Shown: positions 41,401-50,400 of the stretch, piece after piece | Layout of the letters: each line of letters begins with the position of its first letter | Position numbering within the stretch: position 1 is the first letter of the stretch | Assembly: GCA_040079795.1 (NCBI GenBank) | Contig: JBEBJQ010000005.1 | Coordinates: 28,977 to 92,976, forward strand | DNA: 64,000 nt | From: Methylococcales bacterium | GTDB taxonomy: Bacteria; Pseudomonadota; Gammaproteobacteria; Methylococcales; Methylomonadaceae | Direction of reading: 5' to 3' | The notes under the pieces: model-generated | What the model was told of the DNA's origin: nothing | The model's input: only the letters and a program-made list of their open reading frames with translations | Database searches by the model: none | Made by a program: the position numbers and the translations under genes

Positions 41401-41461
41401 GGGCAAAACTTATTTTTAATGCCGGCAGAATAAAGCTAATCGTTTTACTAATGGGCTTCAT
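38426..41461 (-). CDS. membrane-bound sensor with PAS, active GGDEF, degenerate GGDEF and EAL domains
   Basis: Two TM segments flank a ~130-aa periplasmic region. GGEEF is preceded by an RxxD I-site (RKIDLVGRYGGEEF). A second GGDEF-like domain has GADEF. EAL motifs are present (EALIRW, DDFGTGYSSLSYL). The start is 37 nt after the giant gene's stop. Confidence 0.9.
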   Translation of the reverse strand: MKPISKTISFILPALKISFALVLLTTSLLLAADLFDFTPSERHTELKVRQAISEALAIQFTALASLNKNAINVTLKEIVKRNPMIVSAGVRSIDQTLILEIGKHAKEWGDYKEQRSTATNLIVPLLEKGKLWGTIEIKFTPLDSDVFPKLLNSSIYKLIFFVIVVGFFAFFIFMLKTLKQLDPAAVIPGRVSSAFDTLAEGVLILDQDEQIVLANKAFAEKTGKSAQSLLGSKASSLNWKFNLDEQLNPVYPWSITQQNNEEIHSKLLKLELPSDKIIKFAVNSATIFNDKNEYQGVLVTFDDITELEEKNALLSDINTQLTIKEKEAKERNKELHYLATRDPLTGCLNRRGFYKAFNLEFNKAKQNGAELSCIMADIDHFKRVNDVYGHGTGDDVIKLFADILQSNTRKIDLVGRYGGEEFCVVLPGLSIDEAISVAERIRLRLHDDSIKVYGTPGPNVKASLGVASIFDHAVDAAELNDQADNALYVAKQSGRNQVIRWNPEHEQQIEAHESPAALIKPELPPHHSEQILHNSGLEAQAEINRLHLKIKTLENIASTFSYELQQSQYYDGLTGLPNHSLFYDRIAQAISRGHRYDYIAAVLTIDVALFNQLNTSLGRAGGDILLKRLADRLAGALRDTDGITLLNGKADDILLSRFGADEFGILLSDLKSKQSATWIIKRIFDTLSMPIEVNEQKIFITCNLGIGLYPYDANTPDELIQNALTAKQYAKQLPGLNNFQYYNSDMQALSQTQMQLEVDIRRAIDNQEWVLHYQPKITLATGKISGVEALIRWKHPHKGLLQPVAFIDFAEQRGYITAIGNWVIREACAQAKEWIKRGIKDIKIAINVSSQQLLDKDLPQQILNILDEYELPPRYLEIEITETSLIKDIDAAINTLNRIHCRGIKIALDDFGTGYSSLSYLKKLPIDTIKIDRAFIANMIDEESDKSLVNTMISMTHSMNMQVVAEGVETQAHFALLQQLLCDEIQGYLITKPLPAAEMTALLKNPPGKWF

Positions 41462-41498
41462 AAATTACCGGCTATAGAGTAGTGATGTCGCATTTAAA

Positions 41499-44400
41499 TT
41501 ATTCATCAGTAACATTGGCAAACATTTGTTCCACTTTATCGTCTTGAGTGTCATAAGCTTCAGCTTGCTTACCCGATTTAAGGGATTTTGACGCTTTATT
41601 AGACTTTACTACAATAGGCAGCGGATCGAAACCTTTTAATAAGGGTATTGAGGGTAATAAGCTGGCTAATAAGGCGCCGCCTCTGAGTATCCAACTGACA
41701 AAACCCGCGGTTAAGGTGACTGTCGAAAAAATCATGACTTCAAGGTTTTCAGTTGTTTGCTCAGTATGGTTTTGTTCTATTGTTTCACGCATTGCCGCTA
41801 ATTTTTGCCAGAGGGCTTGTTCTTCGCTTGCCGTAAAGAGCGTTTCCAAATCAACATTAAACTCATTTTCTTGGTTGTCCATTACATGGCTGAGGGTGAT
41901 GTTCTGGAGCGTTTCCTTGAATGAAATAATTTGCGGTTTTTTTAATGCAAGGGCATCGTCTTCAAGAATGTCTTTGAGGCTATGGCGTGTTGTTGCGGCT
42001 TGGTCATCAAATACAGGGGTGTTTTCAACAACTATATTGGTGTTAATAAGGTTTGCAATAAACTTATCCAAGCTATTGTTGAAGGCCAAAGCGCTAGAGG
42101 AACCATCAGGTTCTGAATGCCCATTCAGTTTAATATTGGTAAAAGCTTGATTTGGTTCTGAATAAGCCGGGTTTTGTGGTAATTGCGTTAATATTAAAAG
42201 CGGGTTGTTTAAATTATTTTCAACTACAGCAGGTTGGATTAAAGTCGCTTGAACGATAGCCGTCGGTTGAGTCGTATTCACGACTGGCAAGCTATTGGGT
42301 GTAGTCGTTTCTTTGATTGGTGTGTTAATGGGTGTATCTGAAACTTCAAAGAGCCTGCTACTGCTCATGACACTTTTAGTAAGGCCCGCTTTGTCAGTAT
42401 AAAAAATTTGGACACTGATTTTACTGCCAATATCTTGGTCAGACAGGACGTAGCTGGAATTCGTAGCATCTATAACCGCTACCCCGTTTCTAAACCATTG
42501 ATAGCCGCTAACATGAATGTTTTCTATGTTGGTAATACCCAAAGTGTCTATGTTGAGTATTTGATTAACTTGCATCGAACCGATAATCACGGGTGCGCTA
42601 ACAGGGATTGTTGGGGTGCCAATAATTATGGCGGTATCCTCACTGCTTTTACTTTCAGGGGTTCCGTGAGCGTCGGTATAACTTGCTACCACGCGAATAA
42701 CGTTGTTCACATCGGATAATCCCAATACATAGCTATTGCCGTTTGCACCTGGAATATCCACCCCGTTGCGTTGCCATTGATAATGAATGGCACCCAACCC
42801 ATCGGCATCGGTTAGGCTGTTACCGGCTATGAGGGTTTGGCCTTGAGACGCAGTACCGGTAATGGTGACTGTCCCGAAAGGCGCATCGTTAATATTGCTG
42901 ACTGGCGCAGTTAATGTGCTATTTACGCTTTCTGGGTTGCCAGAACCATCAATGTAACTGGCTTTTACGCTGATCTGTTGACCAACATCAGCATCTCCTA
43001 AAGTGTAAGTCTTGCCGTTAGCACCATTAATAATGGCGTTGTTACGAAACCATTGATAGCTAAATTCCCCTAAGCCATTGTCGTCGCTAATATCACTGGT
43101 ATCTACAGTGAGCGTACCATCTTCTGTCACGATGCCCATAATCACCGGAAGACCTAACGAGGTATGGTTGCTTGGTGTTTCAAGCAAGTTCTCCACCTTC
43201 ACTGTAAAGTTTAAACTAGCGCTGTTATTTTTACTATCGGTAGCAGTTAGGGTCACTTGGTAGACATTATCAGTATTAGCATCCTGCGGGTTTTCAAAGT
43301 CACGCGCTGCCATGCTGACCACCCCGGTTGCGGGGCTGACGCTGAACAGGCCGGCATCAGCGCCGCTTAAAGTGTACACCACCGTCCCAACCGGGCTGCC
43401 GGTCAAGCTTGGGGTAGGGCTGGTAAAGGCGGTATTTTCATTAATACTGACATTGCTTAAGCCACTTAAGTTTAAGGTAGCACTTTCGGCAATGTTCAAT
43501 ACCTGTACGCTAAAACTTAAGCTGGTGCTGTTATTGTCGCTGTCGGTAACGGTCAGGGTCACTTGATAGCTATTATTGTTGTCGCTATCCTCAGGGTTTT
43601 CAAAGTCACGCGCTGCCATGCTGACCACCCCGGTTGCGGGGCTGACGCTGAACAGGCCGGCATCAGCGCCGCTTAAAGTGTACACCACCGTCCCAACCGG
43701 GCTGCCGGTCAAGCTTGGGGTAGGGCTGGTAAAGGCGGTATTTTCATTAATACTGACATTGCTTAAGCCACTTAAGCTTAAGGCCGCGCTTTCGGCCGTA
43801 TTGTTTATTTGAATGGCAAGCGTTTGGGTCGCCACACCACCATTACCGTCATTTACTTGTATGGTGACATCATAAATGTTGTCATGATTAAAATCACCAG
43901 GAGTTTCGTAATCAGGGGGGGACGTAAAACTGAGTACCCCGGAATTAGGATCAATACTGAATAACCCTTGATCATCGCCGCCATAAAGGCTGTACACCAG
44001 TTTTTGTGCAGGCAGATCGATATCTGTAGCAGTCACAGTAGTTACTATGCCGATGTTTTCCGCCAAACTGATTGAGGCTGTACTTCCTCCACCGTTACTA
44101 ATGATCAATGGTGCATCATTGCTTGCAATAACGGTCAGACCCGCACTATCTGTATGGTGGGAAAACGCGGTACTGCCGCCATTACTGGAGGTGCTGGCAA
44201 AGCTACCATTACTGCCGGTGCTTAAATCCCATGCGCGAAAATCGAGTGCATTAGCCAGTGTTCCATTCCAGTTTGCATCCGGCTGAAAGTAAATGCGGGT
44301 GTTATTATCGGCAGCTAATAAAAGTGCATTGCTGCTGCTGAGAATACCAGTTGGATTCCAGTTGCTGCCATTATCGATTGAATACCACCAGCTACCGTGG

Positions 44401-47400
44401 CTAGTATCAACCGACCGGATTGCTATACCCAATTGTGCACCTGTATCGGGATCAACAACATTGTCGAGTTGCCCGGCTGGTAATGTAAAGTCAACCAAAT
44501 CTTCAACCCGTGTGCCCACTGTACCGACTGGTATACCTGAACCTTCATTCATTGCTGTAAGCACTGGATCCGCTGAAGTATTAAGGATTGGCGCATCATT
44601 CACTGCTGTAATCGAAATGCTACCGGATAATGTGGCGCTTATGCCGCCATCACCGTCTGTCAAATAGCCTTCCAACACGCGGGCAGTCGATGACGGGGCG
44701 TTTGAGGTGTTCTCGTAGGTTACATTTCTGGCTATGTCTTGAACTATCGCCAAACTGGCGTTGCTATTAAACGTTACAACTAAGGGCGTATAACCCGTTA
44801 CCGGTCCGTTAAAGCTTGCCACTACGATGCCGTTATAAAGAATATCGCTGCCGCTAACATCGACCTGATTGGTATGGTGACCTTCATTTCTGACCGTTAA
44901 TCGATCTTCAGGCAAGCCATTTGCAGAAATAGTAATGACCAATTGACCCGTATCAAAATCCGCTGAATCAATATCGGTTATTAGCGCTCCAGAGGCTAAT
45001 AGAAACGGACCATCGTTTTCAGGAACAGTTGGATTACCTGAAACAAAAGTGATGCTCGGCGCATCATTTTGAGGGGTAACTGTAATCGTGACCGTGACTA
45101 CTTGAGACCATAATAAACCGTCACCGGCTATATAGCTGAAGGTATCGGTGCCATTAAAATTAGCGGTTGGCGTATAAACAATATTGCCGCCCGTGGTGAA
45201 GTTAAAGACACTGTAATGGGAAGGGAAGTTAACCAGCGCGGCGGTCAAGGCAGTCCCTTCAATATCCATATCGTTTGCGAGCACACCGGGGGCTGCGATA
45301 GTCAGGGTGCCGTCTTCTGCTACTGTATAGCTGTCTGCTGTTGCTACAGGTGCGTCATTCATTGCACTGATGATAATAGGCGCGCTGTCGCTAGTAGCGG
45401 AATAAGCGGTACTGCCGCCATTTATTGAAGCGTCGGCTAGCGTGCCATTACTACCAAAGCCCTGGTCCCAGGCACGAAAGGTAATGGCATCGCTTATACT
45501 GCCGCTGTAGTTAGCATTTGCTTGAAAATACAAACGGGTAACCGAATCGGCATTTAATAACAGCGCTGACGTATCGCTTACGCTGCCCACCGTATTCCAG
45601 GACGACCCGTTATCTGTGCTATAGAACCAGATACCATTGCTGTTGTTGGCTCCAGTCAAGGCAATGCCTAATCCAGAAAGCGCATCAGCATCTGTGACAT
45701 TGTCTAGTTGTCCGCCTGGCGTTGCAAAATCAACCAATGTCGACACCAGGGTTCCTGCTGCACCGCTGGGTGAGGCATTATCTTCAGCGATTGAGTTTAG
45801 CGCAGGGCTTTTAGACATATCCAGCACAGGCGCATCATTAACTGTTGTGACCGAGATTGCAGAATTATCGGTACCGGTGCTAAATGCTGTAGTGCCGCCA
45901 TTACTGCTGGTGTCAACTTTGGTTCCTTCAGTGCCTGCGGTTTGATCCCAAAAGCGGTAGCTAAGTGAAGCGGATGTGGCAGTTAAGCTGTCCGGTACAA
46001 AGCGCACCCGATCGGTTTCTTTTAACAGTAAAGCGGAATTACTGCTGACTGAACCCACGGCATACCATTGAGCTCCGTTATCCAGGGAGTATTCCCAATA
46101 ACCATTGCCATCGTTAGTTGAAATGAGCGCAATGCCGATTTGATCGGCTGGATCTAAATCTTGATAGGCATTTATGCTAATAAAGCTACCATGACTAATA
46201 AACGATTTAACCGTCTCACCCGCGTTGGACGTTTGATCTTCGGTAATGGCTGTTAAGCTGTAACCTTGCGGCGCAGCCAGAGGCGCGTCATTAATATTGG
46301 TCACCGTGATGCTGGCAGTATCTGTTGCCATACTAAAAGCGCTTGTGCCGCCATTTGCCGAGGCGTTACCCAAGTTCCCGCTTATCCCCACACTCAGATC
46401 CCAGGCGTGGTAGGTAAAACTAACGGTTTCCCCTTGTGCCTGGTCAGGATGGTAACGTATTAAATCAGTTGCGCCGAGCAACCGGGCTGAGCTTTCGCTT
46501 ACCGCCCCGATCCAAGCCCAGTTACTTCCGCCGTCAATGGAATATTCCCAATAGCCGACCGTACCCGTGCTTACATCCGTAATGGCAATACCTTGCAGCG
46601 CGCCGCTATCAACATCACTGATGGAGTTACCCAAGAAGGATGCAACTGTTTGTCCGGGATTAGCAATATTGTCTTCAGTAATGGTTGTTAACGTTGGTGC
46701 TATGGGTGAGAGCACGGGTGCATCATTGACAGACGTAATATTGACAATGCTGCTGCCGTTGCTACTCGCCGGACCGCCAGTGCCTTGTGCGCCACTGTTG
46801 TTGTCATTAATAATCCAGTTAATTTGCACACTGGCTGGTGGTGTACTGCTATTATTGCTGTAGGCAATCTGCTGCATCGCCTGGTTTACCAAGATATTGG
46901 TCGCACTTGCATTGAATGTAAATGTCAAAGTGCCTCCGCTGTTGGTTGTGACAGCACCAATCGTGCTAGCACCCACTACTAAGGCATTGCCTTGGGTCAG
47001 CGTACCCAGAGAGCCGCTGGCGTTGAACACATCCTGCGCGTTCACTCCGTTTGAGCGAGCGAGTGTGAGCGTAGCACCATTAAAGTTGTCCGCTGCCGTT
47101 AATTCTGGATCTGTAATTGTCACATCACTGTCCAGTAAGACTGCTGCACCCCCTTGGGTATAAGTTGGAGTACCATCGAGGTTGCTGAATATCGGCGCAT
47201 TATTGGCAACTCCGGTTCCGGTTAAGTCCACTTCGCCGGTGGCGGTATTGCTGATGCCTCCGTCTCCATCAGTGACCACAACGGAGATTGTGCGTATGCC
47301 TAACGTGGGCGTAACTGAAGTCGTACCGAAGGTGATAGACTGGTAGACTGCCTGCACCTTAGCAACTTGCGCGTTGGCATTGAAGTTCACCGAGAGGAGT

Positions 47401-50400
47401 GTGCCGTTCGAGCCACCGGACCATGTACCTACCGTGACACCATCGACCAACACATTCGAGCCAGATAGAGAGACACCGCCGATTCCGAGTAACAGCAGAA
47501 AGTCTGTGTTTTCGCCAGAGCTTATAGTGGCCGTGAGCGAACCACCGTTGAAGTCGGGACTGTCAGGGTCGGTGAGCGTCACCACGCCCGTGAATGGATT
47601 TGCCCAGTTACTCACCGTCGCGAAGGCAGAGCCACCATCGGTAAGCATAGGTGCGTCATTCACAGCTGTCACCGTGATTGCTGTGCTGGCGGTCTGGCTA
47701 ACAAGCCGCCCCACATTCGGTGCAGACAGTAAAGGTGTCGTTGTCGAAAATGTGTCCGGGCCGGAATAGCTGGCGTTAAGGCCTGCACCACCGGTATCCT
47801 GCGCATAGTGCAGTTCAATGCTGTGCTGGCCAGCAGTGAGTGTTGCGGTGTTTGAACTACTGCCGAACCAAGCTAACAGCACTTGGGTGCCATCGACGAA
47901 CAGGGTGGCCGCATCATCGGCAGCTACCGTGAATGTGTAAGTACCGGCCGTGGTGACATTCAGAATACCAGAGTAGATCACACCAAAAGTGGTGGTGCTG
48001 CCAGTCAAGGTATTAGCAAGGCTGGGCGCACTTAAATTCGTAGCCACACCAGTCATGCCGCCCGTGACCGAAATCAGGTTGGGGTTGGAGCCTGTGGGTG
48101 CGCCGTCCTGGAACCGGTAGTCAAATGTGCCTGCGGCTAAACTGCCGCCGATGCCGGTGTTCAGGCCGTCCGAAGTCACCATTGTGAGTGTAACCGCGCC
48201 ATTTGAGTTGGTCGCACCGGTGTAGGTCGGCTTCGCAGCGCTGGCCAGGTAGGCATTCAAATCGGTCAAGGTACCCGTGAGTATCAACGTTGAAGTGCCC
48301 GATCCGGTCACGTTCACCGCCCCGCCGCTGCTAGCGGATAAGGTTCCGCTACTGACCGTCAACTCGGTGCGTAACGTGCTGCTGCCAGCATCTGGGTCGG
48401 TGATGGAAAGGCCAGCGATGGCTGTCGTGCTGTCTTCGTTGAACGTCAACGTGGCCGGTACAGTGTTTACAGGCAAAATGTTGACCGCTAAAACAGTTAT
48501 GGGGGTAGTATTTGTAGGTGTTAGGGAGCTATCGTTTGCCAAAGCGGCAACTTCACCTGCGGAGAGAACCCGATTATAAATACGTGCGTCGTCAATTTTA
48601 CCGTTAAAATCAAAGGTTGTACCGCCGTTTCCATGCCTACCGATGAAGCTGTCTATCCCCAATGTGTAGTGTATTGAATCGGTAGTCGTTATTGAGCCTA
48701 CTAAAGTGCCATCAAGGTATAGCGCAGTCTTATCGCCGGTATCATCGAAGCTGAAAGCCACATGATGCCAACCAGTCCCGGCTAAAAGAGTGTTGTAAGT
48801 GGTGCCTATCCAGGTGCTACCATTATAAAACCCTCCAATAAGGCCACCGCTCCCATCCAGCCTAATCAATACGTTGTCACCCAGGGAAATTACATCAGCT
48901 CCGCCAGCACTGGCAGTATTGAGGTTGACCCATGCGGACAAGGTTACATTGGTTGGGCTGCCAAAAAAACCGGGGGTTTGGATATAAGCATTACCACCAA
49001 GACTTAAAACATTGCCGCGGGTGGCATCATTGAGCGCGGTAGCGCCATCGACAGTACCAGGGTAAGCCGCCGCTGGACTGCTGTCTGTTCCTAATGCGCT
49101 GGTGTTTTCGAAGGCATAACGTCCTTTCAGGCTTGTATCGATATTCAGGCTATACAAGGTAGAATCGAGCGTACTCAAGGTCAGAGTTGCAATACCATTA
49201 AAATTGTTGGTAGGTGTAAAATCCAATCCATTCAGAGCATTATTCAGGTCGGAGACTGTCCCGCTAAAAGTCATGGTACTGTCAGCAGCCCCACTGCCGC
49301 TGGTGAAGGATAAGCCGCTAACGCTAGCCAGCGCCAGTGTTCCGTTGCTAACAGAGAGGGTGACCTCTAAGGGGCTGCTTCCGGCATTAGCGTCATTTAC
49401 CGATAGTTGATTACCATTTGCAGACGAAAAAATGAGCGATGAGTTATAACTGGTAGTCTGGGCACCGGGTGTCGTATTACTTGGTGTGCTATTGCTAGCC
49501 ATTGCCGATAGGGATATATTCCGTGTTGCAATAGAACTATTAGCTAAGCCATCGTTAACGAAAAATGATAGGGTGCGTGTCGCCAAACTGGGATTGCTGG
49601 AAGAATTGAAATATGCAATGCTACGTAACGCACTCTGGTAATTGGCCACCGTGGCGCTGCCACTGAGCGTCAATACCCCGGTGCTGGCATTCCAACTGCC
49701 AGTAATACCATTTTGATTGGTAAAAGCCAGTGTGTCTTGACCGTTAACATAGCCTGAAGAAATTGACACAGTAGCACTAGCCATATGGGTGCTGTCTACA
49801 TCGCTTAGAGTAAGTGCATTATCGACTGCCGTAGCCGGGTCGTTATGTGTATAACCCATTGCACTGCCGGTGGTGCTGACGATGGGAGTATCGTTGACCG
49901 CCGTGATGGTGATATTTACGGGCGCCTGTGGCGAGTTTGACGCCAAACTTGCGACTTCGGAAACATCGAGCGCACGGTTGTAAAGCACAACTCCATCAAT
50001 TTCTCCATTGGCATTCAGAAATCGCGTCGGATCGAGATCTGATCGCGCACCGAGGTATACATTACCTACTGGATCAATGCTGTCACTGCCCGTGGCTAAT
50101 GAACCTAGCAGCCCTCCATCCACATAGACTTGCGTACCGATCCCGGCTGTTACGGTCATTGTGTAAAGATGCCATTGTCCGTCGCCGATGAGGGTGCTGA
50201 CATCCGTATAAATCTGTCCACTGGTGTCATTGGAATCCCACACTGTGGTGACCAGATTATTTACTGGGGTGGAACCAATGTAACTGGATTCAGTAAGAGC
50301 CACCTGGATGGTATTGGGAGAATTCGGAATAGCGCCGTGGCTGTATAAATATTGCAACCCTGTGCCGCTGTTATCATCTACTTTGAAATATAACGCCAGT

